Source of the DNA: Tagaea sp.
GTDB lineage: Bacteria > Pseudomonadota > Alphaproteobacteria > CACIAM-22H2
Reading direction: 5' to 3'
Length of the DNA stretch: 64,000 nt
Assembly (NCBI GenBank): GCA_965279525.1
Contig: CBDIIB010000004.1
Coordinates: 864,001-928,000 of the forward strand
Shown here: positions 30,767 to 40,575 of the stretch, one piece after another
Layout: the number at the start of each line of letters is the position of its first letter
Numbering within the stretch: position 1 is the stretch's first letter
Made by a program: the position numbers and the translations under genes
Notes under the pieces: model-generated
The model's input: the letters and a program-made list of their open reading frames with translations, nothing else
Told to the model about the DNA's origin: nothing
The model's database searches: none

Positions 30767-30810
30767 AAATTCGCTTTTTTGAGTGTTTCTGGTGCTTTAC
30801 CCACCTTACG

Positions 30811-32148
30811 TCAGCGCGGCGACCGGGGCAAGTCACGCCCCCGCCGGGGACCTTTTCCGATACCCAGCCCACGCCCTTTCCGGATGGCCGTACTACCGAA
30901 TTTCCCGCGAACGGCATCGATCGCCTTTTCGACGGCCGCAAGCTTCGGATCGTCGGCGCTGGCGGCCGTGGCGGGCGTGAAAAGGTCGGTCTGGGCAGGT
31001 ATGCCGCCCGGTTCGGCAAGCTCCGAAGCCCCGACCCCGATCAGCCGGTAGCGGCGCTGGCGGTCCGCCGCTACCTCGCGCGCCAGAAGCGGCTGTGCCG
31101 CCCTGTACAGCGTCTCTGCCAGCTGCGTACCGGCAGAAAGCGTCACACGACGGGTCAGCAGACGGAAATCGGCGGTCTTGAGCTTGAGCTGGACCGTCCG
31201 GCCGGCAAGGTGATGCTTCTTGAGGCGCTCGGCGACTTCCTCGGCCAGGGGCCATAGCTCGGCCTCGAGATCTTCGATCCGGCCGAGGTCCTGGAGGAAC
31301 GTCGTCTCCGCCGAAATCGTCTTGGCTTCGCGCTCGGGCTCGACCGCTCGGTCGTCGCGCCCTTCGGCGATCTGGGCCAGCCACCGCCCCGTCTCCGCGT
31401 AGCGCCGGACGAGTGCCGCCTCTCCCGCTTTCTGGATGTCGCCGATGGAACCGTAGCCGTCTTCGGCAAGGCGCTGCGCGAATTTCGGCCCGACGCCGGG
31501 CAGGATCCGCAGCGGCCTCGCCGCCAGGAACGCACGCGCCTCGGCGCGGCCGACCACCCCGAAGCCACGCGGTTTCTCCAGTTCGGACGCGAGCTTCGCC
31601 ATCAGCTTGTTGAACGAAAGCCCGATCGACACGGTGATGCCGATCTCGTCCTCGATACGGCGAGCGACCTTCGCAAGCACGAAAGCCGGCGGCGCATGAT
31701 GGAGTGCCTGGGTTCCCGAAAGATCGAGATACGCCTCGTCGAGCGACAGCGCCTCGACCAGCGGCGTGACGGTCTCGAAGACCGCCTGCACTTCGCGCGA
31801 GACTGACGCATACTTTGCCATATTCGGCCGGACGACGGTCGCGTGCGGGCACAGCTGCAGCGCCTTGAACATCGGCATCGCCGAACGCACGCCATAAGTG
31901 CGCGCGATATAGCAGGCCGTCGAGACCACGCCCCGCTTGCCGCCACCGATGATCGTCGGTTTATCGACAAGAGAAGGATCGTCACGCTTCTCGATCGACG
32001 CATAGAACGCGTCACAATCGATGTGGGCGAGCGTGAGATCCTCCAGTTCGGGATGCCGCGCGATGCGTGTCGATCCGCAGTTCCCGCAACGCACGGCACG
32101 TGGATCCTCGATCCGCACGAAGCAGTCGCGGCAAAGGCCCTGCGCCAC
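30811..32148 (-). CDS. dinB: DNA polymerase IV with N-terminal Zn-ribbon
   Basis: CRDC...CGNCGS; HIDCDAFYASIE, YIARTYGVRSAMP, SLDEAYLD, AKLASELEKP. Confidence 0.93.
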   Translation of the reverse strand: MAQGLCRDCFVRIEDPRAVRCGNCGSTRIARHPELEDLTLAHIDCDAFYASIEKRDDPSLVDKPTIIGGGKRGVVSTACYIARTYGVRSAMPMFKALQLCPHATVVRPNMAKYASVSREVQAVFETVTPLVEALSLDEAYLDLSGTQALHHAPPAFVLAKVARRIEDEIGITVSIGLSFNKLMAKLASELEKPRGFGVVGRAEARAFLAARPLRILPGVGPKFAQRLAEDGYGSIGDIQKAGEAALVRRYAETGRWLAQIAEGRDDRAVEPEREAKTISAETTFLQDLGRIEDLEAELWPLAEEVAERLKKHHLAGRTVQLKLKTADFRLLTRRVTLSAGTQLAETLYRAAQPLLAREVAADRQRRYRLIGVGASELAEPGGIPAQTDLFTPATAASADDPKLAAVEKAIDAVRGKFGSTAIRKGRGLGIGKGPRRGRDLPRSPR

Positions 32149-32172
32149 CGGCGTGGCCCCGCCGGGCCGGCG

Positions 32173-33138
32173 TCAGCCCGCCAGCTTCGTCGGCTTGGTC
32201 GAACGGCCGACGGCAGCAAGCTTGCGTTCGAGACGCTGCATCAGACTGTCGAGTTCCTTGTACTCGTCCGCGTCCATGACGTGGCCGGGCGCACGCAGGT
32301 GGGCCGACTTTATGACGCCGCGCCGGCGCAGGACTTCCTTGCGCACGGCAAGGCCGAGACCTGGCTGCTGCTCGTGCCTGACGATCGGAAGATAGATGTC
32401 GTAGAGATCCTCGGCTTCCTCCGGCTTTCCCTTCAGGAAGAGATCGACGACCTCGACCAGCATCTCGGGATAGGCGAATCCCGTATTGGCGCCATCGGCG
32501 CCCCGGCGCATTTCCTGCGGCAGGTGCAGTGCCGAATTCCCGACCAGGATCGAGATGCGGCGCTTGCGGCTGCCGTCCGTGTCCGCTTTGCGGACCTTCG
32601 TGAGCTTGCGCAGGCCCGGCACATCCTCGTGTTTCAGCACCTTGATGGATTCATGGCGCGCGAACAGCCGGTTGATCAGCGATACCGACATGTGGACATT
32701 GGTCAGCTGCGGATAGTCCTGGAGCACGATGGGCGTCTCGCCAATCTCGCGCACGACGGCGTCGTAATAGCCCTCGATCTGCTCCTCGTTCTTTAGGCCG
32801 GCGATCGGGGCGACCATCACGCCCGCAGCCCCCAGATCCATGACCTTCTTTGTGAAGCCGCCGAGGTTGCGGTTGCCAGCCGACGAGACGCCGACGACGA
32901 CCGGAACCTTGCCATTCACGCGCTTTACAACGCGGGCGGCGAAATCGGAGGATTCTTGGGGACTAAGCTTGGGTGCCTCGCCCATGACGCCGAGGATCGT
33001 CATGCCGGTCACCCCGCATTCGAGGTAGAAATCGGTCATGCGCTCGGCGCTGTCGAGATCGAGCTCGCCATTTTCGGTGAACGGCGTCGCCGCGATGATG
33101 TAGACACCCTTTGCGGTCTCGTCGAGCCGTTGCGCCAT
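32173..33138 (-). CDS. Dihydrodipicolinate synthase (DapA/NanA) family aldolase/lyase
   Basis: AATPF, ILGVMGE, VPVVVG, LQDYP, Schiff-base Lys in VLKHED. Confidence 0.85.
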   Translation of the reverse strand: MAQRLDETAKGVYIIAATPFTENGELDLDSAERMTDFYLECGVTGMTILGVMGEAPKLSPQESSDFAARVVKRVNGKVPVVVGVSSAGNRNLGGFTKKVMDLGAAGVMVAPIAGLKNEEQIEGYYDAVVREIGETPIVLQDYPQLTNVHMSVSLINRLFARHESIKVLKHEDVPGLRKLTKVRKADTDGSRKRRISILVGNSALHLPQEMRRGADGANTGFAYPEMLVEVVDLFLKGKPEEAEDLYDIYLPIVRHEQQPGLGLAVRKEVLRRRGVIKSAHLRAPGHVMDADEYKELDSLMQRLERKLAAVGRSTKPTKLAG

Positions 33139-33220
33139 TCGCTTGTCCTCCGGGCCTGTGGTTTGCAATGCTTCATACCGCGAAGCGCCCCCGCAACGGA
33201 AGGGGCCGGGAGACGAGCGA

Positions 33221-34672
33221 ATGGCTGCTTATGACCGTGTGATAAGGGGGGGGCGACTTGCCACCGCTGGCGACGTTTACGTCGCCGACGTAGGTATAAA
33301 GGACGGAAAAATCGCGGCGATCGGGCACGATCTGCCGCGCGGAGAGGACGAGACCGACGCGCGCGGCCGGATCGTCACGCCCGGCGGTATAGACAGCCAT
33401 GTCCATATCGCACAGGTCTCGGGCATGGGCGTGTGGACCGCCGACGACTTCGAGTCGGGCACGCGCTCGGCGATGTGCGGCGGAACCACGACGACGATCT
33501 CGTTCGCCGCCCAGCATCGCGGCCAGTCGCTGCGCAAGGTGGTCGACGAGTATCACGCGCGCGCGGCAGGCAAGACCTATATCGACTACGCTTTCCACCT
33601 GATCGTATCGGACCCGACCGAGCAGGTTCTCGGGCAGGAACTTCCCGCCCTGATCGCCGACGGACTGACATCGTTCAAGATCTACACGACCTACGACGCG
33701 CTGAAGCTGTCGGACCGCCAGATCCTCGACATCCTCGCCCTCGCCCGCCGACACAACGCAATGACGATGGTCCATTGCGAGAATCACGACGCGATGACAT
33801 GGCTTGCCGAGAAGCTGATCGCATCGGGTCGCACGCGGCCGAAATACCACTGCTTCAGCCACAACATGCCGGTCGAGCGCGAGGCCACGCATCGCGTGAT
33901 CGCGTTGGCCGAGATGCTCGACACACCCGTGCTGATCGTCCACGTTTCGGGACGCGAGGCGATGGACGAGATCCGGCGCGCCCGCGCGCGCGGCCTGAAG
34001 GTCTTTGCGGAAACCTGCCCGCAGTACCTGTTCCTGACACAGGACGACCTAGACAAGTCGGGATTCGATGGAGCGATGTGCATGTGCTCGCCCCCGCCGC
34101 GGGACAAGATCAACCAGGAATATGTCTGGGCCGGCCTGCGCGAGGGGCTATTCGACGTCTACTCGTCGGACCACGCGCCCTATCGCTTCAACGACCCGCA
34201 AGGCAAGAAGGTCGCCGGCACGGACGCGAACTTCAAGAAGATCCCCAACGGCGTTCCGGGGCTGGAGATCCGCATGCCGCTGCTGTTCGCCGAAGGTGTC
34301 CTCAAAGGCCGGCTGTCACTCGAGAAGTTCGTGGCCGTCACTGCGACTAATCCGGCGAAGCTTTACGGCCTCTATCCGCAGAAGGGTGCCATCGCGGTCG
34401 GCGGTGACGCCGACCTTGTGGTCTGGGACCACGAGCGCGAGTTGACAGTGAGCCAGAGCCTTCTGCATGACGCGATGGATTACACGCCTTACGAAGGCAT
34501 GAAGGTCAAGGGTTGGGTCGATCTCGTCTTCTCGCGCGGCGAGCTTGTCGCGAAGGGCGGCAATCCGGTCGCCAAGCCCGGGCGCGGCCGCTATCTTCCG
34601 CACGGCCCGTCGGACTGGTCCAAGCCGCTCGGCCGCTCCATCTTCCCCGAAGACATATCGGATATCTTCTGA
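33221..34672 (+). CDS. hydA: Dihydropyrimidinase / D-hydantoinase
   Basis: PGGIDSHVH, GGTTT, SFKIY (carbamylated Lys), VHCEN, AETCPQYL, SSDHAP, PNGVPG. Confidence 0.92.
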   Translation: MAAYDRVIRGGRLATAGDVYVADVGIKDGKIAAIGHDLPRGEDETDARGRIVTPGGIDSHVHIAQVSGMGVWTADDFESGTRSAMCGGTTTTISFAAQHRGQSLRKVVDEYHARAAGKTYIDYAFHLIVSDPTEQVLGQELPALIADGLTSFKIYTTYDALKLSDRQILDILALARRHNAMTMVHCENHDAMTWLAEKLIASGRTRPKYHCFSHNMPVEREATHRVIALAEMLDTPVLIVHVSGREAMDEIRRARARGLKVFAETCPQYLFLTQDDLDKSGFDGAMCMCSPPPRDKINQEYVWAGLREGLFDVYSSDHAPYRFNDPQGKKVAGTDANFKKIPNGVPGLEIRMPLLFAEGVLKGRLSLEKFVAVTATNPAKLYGLYPQKGAIAVGGDADLVVWDHERELTVSQSLLHDAMDYTPYEGMKVKGWVDLVFSRGELVAKGGNPVAKPGRGRYLPHGPSDWSKPLGRSIFPEDISDIF

Positions 34673-35631
34673 TGCCGCCAATGCAGCTCGTTCCCCGTAT
34701 CGTCAGCGTCGGTGCCGCCCAGATGGGGCCGATCGCACGCGCCGAAACCCGTGCGTCCTGCGTCGAGCGGATGATCGCCATGCTTCGGGACGCCGCGCGC
34801 AAAAGCTGCCAGATCGTGGTGTTTCCGGAGCTGGCCCTGACCACCTTCTTCCCGCGCTGGTTGATGTCCGACTGGCGCGAGGTCGATGCGTTCTTCGAGA
34901 CGGAGATGCCGAACGCCGCCGTCAAGCCGCTGTTCGACGAGGCAAAGCGCCTGAAGATTGGATTCTATCTCGGTTATGCCGAGAAGACGCCCGAGGGACG
35001 GCGTTTCAACACGGCGATCCTTGTCGACCGCGAGGGCGCCATCGTCGGCAAGTACCGGAAGATCCATCTTCCCGGCCACGCCGAGAACGAGCCCGAGCGC
35101 CCGTTCCAGCATCTCGAGAAGCGTTATTTCGAGCCAGGCGACATCGGCTTTCCCGTCTGGCGGACGATGGGCGGCATCGTCGGCATGGCCGTCTGCAACG
35201 ACCGGCGCTGGCCCGAGACCTACCGCGTGATGGGTCTCAAGGGAATGGAACTGATGCTGCTCGGCTACAACACTCCGGCAATCAACGGCTGGGCGATGGT
35301 CCACTCCGCGCCGGAGCCTGAGCATCTACGCCAGTTCCACAACCAACTCGTCATGCAGGCCGGCGCATACCAGAATTCCACCTGGGTCGTCGCGACCGCG
35401 AAAGCCGGGATCGAGGAAGGCTGCTCGTTGATCGGGGGGAGTTGCATCGTGGCACCCACCGGCGAGATCGTGGCGCTTGCCCGCTCGGTCGCGGACGAAC
35501 TGATCGTCGCCGATTGCGACCTCAGCCTGTGCACCTACGGCAAGGAGACGACGTTCGCCTTTTCGAAGCACCGCCGGATCGAGCACTACGGCCTGATCGC
35601 AAGCCAGACCGGCGTCATCGAGCCGAAATGA
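34672..35631 (+). CDS. N-carbamoyl-D-amino acid amidohydrolase (nitrilase superfamily)
   Basis: VFPELALTTFFPRW, YRKIHLPGH, FQHLEKRYFEPG, VCNDRRWPE catalytic Cys. Confidence 0.9.
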   Translation: MPPMQLVPRIVSVGAAQMGPIARAETRASCVERMIAMLRDAARKSCQIVVFPELALTTFFPRWLMSDWREVDAFFETEMPNAAVKPLFDEAKRLKIGFYLGYAEKTPEGRRFNTAILVDREGAIVGKYRKIHLPGHAENEPERPFQHLEKRYFEPGDIGFPVWRTMGGIVGMAVCNDRRWPETYRVMGLKGMELMLLGYNTPAINGWAMVHSAPEPEHLRQFHNQLVMQAGAYQNSTWVVATAKAGIEEGCSLIGGSCIVAPTGEIVALARSVADELIVADCDLSLCTYGKETTFAFSKHRRIEHYGLIASQTGVIEPK

Positions 35632-35684
35632 CGGATCAGAACTTCGCCGTCACGCCCGAACAGGTCGGCCGCAGACGCTGATCC

Positions 35685-36344
35685 CTACCAGCCGATCTGG
35701 ACGCGCGCGACGGCCATGCCAACAGCCGCTTGCGTCGGCTCGACGACAGGAATGCCGATCGCTTCCTGCAACCGGTCGCGATACTGCGCCATTCCGGCAC
35801 AACCCATCACGACGACATCCGCCCCATCCCGTTCGCGCAGGTCGCGGCCGACCTCGATCATCCGGGAGAGCGTGCGGGAGTCGTCGGAAAGCTCGGCCAC
35901 CGTCAACCCAATCGGCCGGTCGCCGGCAAAGCGCGCCTCGAGGCCACGGGTTCCGACATAGCGCAGATGGCGCGGAACCGAGCGCGGCAGGATCGCGATG
36001 ATGCCGAATCTCTCGCCCAACGTCAGTGCTGTCAGCATCCCGCATTCGGCGATGCCGAGTACGGGCCGCTTGGTCGCCTCGCGTGCGGCATAGAGACCGG
36101 GATCGCTGAAGCAGGCGACCACGAATGCGTCGCAGTCATTGTCCCTTGTAGCGATCGCCCTGCACAGCGGGGCGACAACGCTCTCGACATGGGCCTGCGT
36201 CTCGATGCCGGGCGGGCCTTCGGCCAGCGTCACGCATTCGATCTCTGGGCCACCAGTCGTGCGCATCGGCGCCACGGCTGCATCGATCCCTGCGGTGACG
36301 TTGCGGTTCGAGTTTGGATTGATCACGAGGATGCGCTTGGCCAT
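35685..36344 (-). CDS. Asp/Glu/hydantoin racemase
   Basis: ILVINPNS, VACFSDPG, VMGCAGM two-Cys pattern. Confidence 0.88.
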   Translation of the reverse strand: MAKRILVINPNSNRNVTAGIDAAVAPMRTTGGPEIECVTLAEGPPGIETQAHVESVVAPLCRAIATRDNDCDAFVVACFSDPGLYAAREATKRPVLGIAECGMLTALTLGERFGIIAILPRSVPRHLRYVGTRGLEARFAGDRPIGLTVAELSDDSRTLSRMIEVGRDLRERDGADVVVMGCAGMAQYRDRLQEAIGIPVVEPTQAAVGMAVARVQIGW

Positions 36345-36375
36345 CAAGCGGTTCTCCTAGCGGAATGCCGCGTGT

Positions 36376-37008
36376 CTACTTCGTGCCGAAGAGCCGGTCG
36401 CCGGCATCGCCAAGACCCGGAATGATGTACCCATGATCATTGAGGTGGCTGTCTTGCGCAGCCGCATAGATCGTCACGTCCGGATGATTGGCGTGCATCT
36501 CCTTGACGCCCTCGGGTGCCGCAAGCAGGCACACGAACTTGATCGAGCTTGCACCGGACTGCTTGACGCGCGTGACGGCCGCGACCGCAGAGTGTCCGGT
36601 CGCCAGCATCGGATCAAGGACGAGGACGTCGCGCTGCGCTACGTCCTCGGGAAGCTTGCAGTAGTACTCGACCGCGGCAAGCGTCTGAGGGTCGCGGTAG
36701 AGGCCGATATGACCTACGCGGGCAGACGGCAGTATCTCGAGCATGCCGTCGAGAATGCCATTTCCGGCACGCAGAACCGAGACAAGGCAGATCTCCTTGC
36801 CCGCGAGCGTCGGCGCCCGCATTTTCTGTATCGGCGTTTCTATCTCGACCGTGGTCAACGTCCGATCGCGGGTCGCCTCGTAGGCAAGCAGCATCGCGAT
36901 CTCGCGCACCAGACGACGGAAATCGCGCGTTTCGGTTTCCTTTCGGCGCAACTGCGTCAGCTTGTGCTGGATCAGCGGATGCCCGACCACATGCAGCGAA
37001 CCCGACAT
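36376..37008 (-). CDS. upp: Uracil phosphoribosyltransferase
   Basis: [39 protein letters not shown]. Confidence 0.95.
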   Translation of the reverse strand: MSGSLHVVGHPLIQHKLTQLRRKETETRDFRRLVREIAMLLAYEATRDRTLTTVEIETPIQKMRAPTLAGKEICLVSVLRAGNGILDGMLEILPSARVGHIGLYRDPQTLAAVEYYCKLPEDVAQRDVLVLDPMLATGHSAVAAVTRVKQSGASSIKFVCLLAAPEGVKEMHANHPDVTIYAAAQDSHLNDHGYIIPGLGDAGDRLFGTK

Positions 37009-37026
37009 TGCCCTTCGACTCCCCGG

Positions 37027-38253
37027 TTAGAAGATCGTTCCGTCGCTTTCGACCGCTAACGGCGGCTTGCCGCCCGCACGCCGCTCGGCGGCAATGCGCC
37101 GGCCGGCGGTCCAGGTCCCGCCCTGCAGAACCTTCGCCAGCGGAAACTCCTCCGCCGTCAACCCGAGCTTCTCGCGAACGAGTTCGGCGATCTTGTCGAG
37201 CAGGACGACGGTCAGCGCCCGCCACTCGACAATCAACTCACTGTTCGCGGCATAGGCCTGGCCGGATGCCGTCGGATCGCGCAGCGATATCACGCCCGTA
37301 TCGAGGAACAATCCGCCATTCCGGTATTCGGGCAGACCTGTCAGCGCATCCAGTTCGACGATCTCCAGGCCGAGCGATTCGAACGGTTCAAGCAACGAAT
37401 AGGTCAGCCACTGGCTGAGCTTGTGGAACGGCACCATTCCCTCGGTGGCCGCCGGATGTTCGCCGACATCGCCGACATTGACGCCATCGACGACGACCCG
37501 GGCCGGCCATGCATCGGCCAGTCCCTCCAGCAGGACGGCGAGAATGCGTGCCGCCGGCAACTTGCCGTCGCGCGCTTCGCCTGAAAGCAAGTCGGCCAGA
37601 TTGCCGATGCGCGGCTGAGCGCCGAAGATGTCGGGGCGCTTTGCGATCGCCACGCCGAGATTCCGCATCAAGGCTGCGCGCCCTTCGAGCCCGACGAGCT
37701 TGTTGCTCTCGCCGACCTTGAAGCCTTTTGCGAGCCGCTCGCCATCGAAGCGACGCAGACCGACGGCATCGGCACGATACGGATTGTCGAACGAGGCAGA
37801 GAACGCGCCCGATGCGAACATGTCGAAACTTGCGACTGCCAGACCTTCGGAGCGCGTGAAGACACCATCCTTTGTCCGGTACTTCCAGTCCGAGCCCGCG
37901 CCAGCATCGAGCAGCACGCTCGTCACGGCGAGATCGATCGCGACCCGTGCACGCTCGAGCTTGTCTTCGGGCAGGTTCGCCAGCAATCGCTTCCAGCGAT
38001 CGATGCCCCCGACCCCGAAATGCCGCCAACGCGAATGATATGGGATTTCGAGCGACGGATAGTCGCGACGGATCGACCCCACGGTCAGTTCGGCCGCCCG
38101 ATCGAGCTTTGAAAGATCAACGTTGAAGTGGGCAGACTTGCCGCGGCTTGCGGCCGCGAATATCTCGCCCGACCGCTGCCGGATCGTGGCAGGGTCGCGA
38201 AGCGTGCGCACGCGCGGGCTGGGCCCGGCGATTTCTGGACGATCAAGTGGCAT
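37027..38253 (-). CDS. URC4/Urg3 family protein (DUF1688)
   Basis: IPYHSRWRHF, SVLLDAGAG, RSEGLAVAS, PFHKLSQWLTYSL, TGLPEYRNGGL, EWRALTV, SDGTIF. Confidence 0.88.
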   Translation of the reverse strand: MPLDRPEIAGPSPRVRTLRDPATIRQRSGEIFAAASRGKSAHFNVDLSKLDRAAELTVGSIRRDYPSLEIPYHSRWRHFGVGGIDRWKRLLANLPEDKLERARVAIDLAVTSVLLDAGAGSDWKYRTKDGVFTRSEGLAVASFDMFASGAFSASFDNPYRADAVGLRRFDGERLAKGFKVGESNKLVGLEGRAALMRNLGVAIAKRPDIFGAQPRIGNLADLLSGEARDGKLPAARILAVLLEGLADAWPARVVVDGVNVGDVGEHPAATEGMVPFHKLSQWLTYSLLEPFESLGLEIVELDALTGLPEYRNGGLFLDTGVISLRDPTASGQAYAANSELIVEWRALTVVLLDKIAELVREKLGLTAEEFPLAKVLQGGTWTAGRRIAAERRAGGKPPLAVESDGTIF

Positions 38254-38254
38254 G

Positions 38255-39547
38255 TCAGCTATCAAGCCCGCGGCCCTTGGTGTCGGCAAGCTTGCGTGCA
38301 TCAGGAGGCTCGCTGCCGGAGAAGTAACCCGCCGCTTTCTTCGCTTCCATTTCGACGCTCGCATCCGCGGGCACGAGGCCTGCCGGAATCTCGACCTGCT
38401 CGACGATTTCGATACCGCTGCGGGTCAGCGCCTCGGACTTCATGTTGCTCATCGACGCGAAACGGTCGATACGCGAAATTCCCAGCCAATGAATCACGTC
38501 TGGCATCAACTCCTGAAAACGCATGTCCTGCACGCCGGCGACACACTCTGTCCGTTTGAAATATGTGGCGGCCTGGTCGCCGCCTTCCTGGCGCTTGCGC
38601 GCGTTGTAGACCAGGAACTTGGTGACCTCGCCGAGCGCACGGCCTTCCTTGCGATTGTAGACGATGAAACCGACGCCGCCGCGCTGGGCGGTCTCGATCG
38701 CAACCTCGATGCCGTGCGCCAGATAGGGCCGGCACGTGCAGATATCTGACCCGAACACGTCGGAGCCGTTGCACTCGTCGTGCACGCGGCCGCCGATCTC
38801 CGTCTTCGGATCTCCAAGTTTCGAGACGTCGCCGAAGAGATAGACGGTCGTACCGCCGATCGGCGGCAGGAAGACCTTCATGTCCGAACGCGTCACAAGC
38901 TCCGGGAACATCCCGCCCGTATACTCGAACAGGCCGCTACGCAGTTCGGCTTCGGCGATGCCGAAGCGGCGGGCAATGCCGGGCAGATACCAGACCGGCT
39001 CGATCGCGACCTTGGTCGTGCGCACGTCGCCTGTCGCTTCGACGATTCGACCATCCGGCTTGAGACGGCCAGCGGCGAGAGCTCCCTGCAGTTCCGGCAT
39101 GTTGATGTGCGCGCGCGTGACCGCGATCGTCGGCCGGATGTCGTAGCCCTGCGCCAGCAATCCACTGAAAACATCCCCGACCATGTGGCCATAGGGATCG
39201 ATGCTGACGATTTTTGCAGGATCCGACCATTGCGCGAACGGGCCGATCGGCTCGGCTGGCGCCGTATTGGTAAGGTCGGGTTTATGCAGCGGCGAAAGGG
39301 CGCCCGCCGCCACTGCGAGCGCACGATAGAGCATATAACTGCCCGAATGCGTCCCGATGACGTTGCGATGCTGCGGGTTGCCGACGGTCCCGATAACCGG
39401 CCCACGCGCCTGCGCTCCTCCGGCCCCCCACTCGATCTTGAGTGGCTGCGGCCCGCTCTTGGACGGGTGCGAGGTCAGGACGATGTGCTTGGACTTCTTG
39501 GGCGGCTCGGCCGCGACGTGCATCGCGGACGTGTCCGGGGAAGGCAT
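38255..39547 (-). CDS. URC1/Urg1-type GTP cyclohydrolase II-like protein
   Basis: N-terminal ILTSHP..RGPVI..RNVIGTHSGSY extension; RVHDECNGSDVFGSDICTCRPYL, KEGRALGEVTK, EMEAKKAAGY. Confidence 0.88.
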   Translation of the reverse strand: MPSPDTSAMHVAAEPPKKSKHIVLTSHPSKSGPQPLKIEWGAGGAQARGPVIGTVGNPQHRNVIGTHSGSYMLYRALAVAAGALSPLHKPDLTNTAPAEPIGPFAQWSDPAKIVSIDPYGHMVGDVFSGLLAQGYDIRPTIAVTRAHINMPELQGALAAGRLKPDGRIVEATGDVRTTKVAIEPVWYLPGIARRFGIAEAELRSGLFEYTGGMFPELVTRSDMKVFLPPIGGTTVYLFGDVSKLGDPKTEIGGRVHDECNGSDVFGSDICTCRPYLAHGIEVAIETAQRGGVGFIVYNRKEGRALGEVTKFLVYNARKRQEGGDQAATYFKRTECVAGVQDMRFQELMPDVIHWLGISRIDRFASMSNMKSEALTRSGIEIVEQVEIPAGLVPADASVEMEAKKAAGYFSGSEPPDARKLADTKGRGLDS

Positions 39548-39638
39548 GCGTAATTCTCCGACGTCCTAAAAAGAGACTATGCCGTATTTAACGGCAACTC
39601 GGAAGTCCAAACGCTAAAGGGTTGAAATAATTAAACCG

Positions 39639-40562
39639 TCATCGCGCGAATTGGGCATCAGCCATGCTCTGGACAGCCATCGTTCCGGATCGTCCGTCGA
39701 CACTCCCCTGGATGAGATCGGAGACCGGAACCGGCTGCCCTGCAAGGGCGTTTGCCTCTTCGGCCAGATTCACGAACCGTACACCGCGCTCGGCAGCCGC
39801 ATCGAGAAAGCGCTCGAACCATCCGGAATAGTGCATTCCCTCGAGTTCCGCATGCCCGGTAAATGCGTTGAGAGCGCCGGGAACCAACCGGTCCAAATAG
39901 GCCTCGATCAACCGATCCTCAGGAAACTCCGGGCGTCCGATAAGTTCGTCGAGTGTCGGCAGCGTCGTCGGCATTTGCAGGGTCCGGAACGTGCGCCCGC
40001 CTGCCCTTGGCAGGAACGGCGATAGGCCGCGTGCATCCGAGGCGTAGTCGAGCCCGGCTTCGTCGTAGACCGCCAGGCTTTTCGCGTCAGCCTGCCATCC
40101 GGCCGCACCTGCCGTGCGCGCCGGTTGGCCGAAAATGCGCTCGTAGGCGGCACGGGCCTTTGCAAAGTCGCGGCGGACGGAATCGACGGTCATCTTGGCA
40201 AGTCCATCCTGCCATCGAACGTGATCCCAGCAATGTATTCCCGTCTCGTGCCCTGCATTTGCGATTGCACGCATCGCGTCTGCATTGCGCCGCCCGATGT
40301 CCGGCCCCGGCAGAAGGACGCCATTCATCAGCGTCCGTACGCCGTAGAGCTTGATCACGCTCGTCCGACTGACCTTGGAGAAGAAGCCAGGCCGGAAGAT
40401 CCGCCGGATTGCCCTGCCGGTATTGTCCGGTCCGAGAGAGAATAGGAAGGTTCCGCGTATCGAATGGCGATCCATTGCACGCGCAAGGGGTGCTATTCCT
40501 TCCCGCGTCCCGCGATCAGTGTCGACGTCGATCTTGATCGCGAGGCGGGTCGGCTCTGCCAT
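39639..40562 (-). CDS. arnD: Polysaccharide deacetylase / Ara4FN deformylase
   Basis: LAIKIDVDT.RGT, FLFSLGPDN, HCWDHVRWQD, PTTLPTLDE, HAELEG. Confidence 0.85.
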   Translation of the reverse strand: MAEPTRLAIKIDVDTDRGTREGIAPLARAMDRHSIRGTFLFSLGPDNTGRAIRRIFRPGFFSKVSRTSVIKLYGVRTLMNGVLLPGPDIGRRNADAMRAIANAGHETGIHCWDHVRWQDGLAKMTVDSVRRDFAKARAAYERIFGQPARTAGAAGWQADAKSLAVYDEAGLDYASDARGLSPFLPRAGGRTFRTLQMPTTLPTLDELIGRPEFPEDRLIEAYLDRLVPGALNAFTGHAELEGMHYSGWFERFLDAAAERGVRFVNLAEEANALAGQPVPVSDLIQGSVDGRSGTMAVQSMADAQFAR

Positions 40563-40575
40563 CGGCGAGAATTGA

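Noticed and set aside
14951-32148. SRAP, ParA and DinB as signs of a prophage, plasmid or SOS cassette
   Set aside because: Scattered among housekeeping genes, with no integrase, att sites or phage genes; no GTTC-N7-GTTC LexA box seen directly upstream
39580-39596. TGCCGT-N5-ACGGCA dyad upstream of the URC operon
   Set aside because: Only 6-bp arms and no cognate regulator nearby; cannot be distinguished from chance
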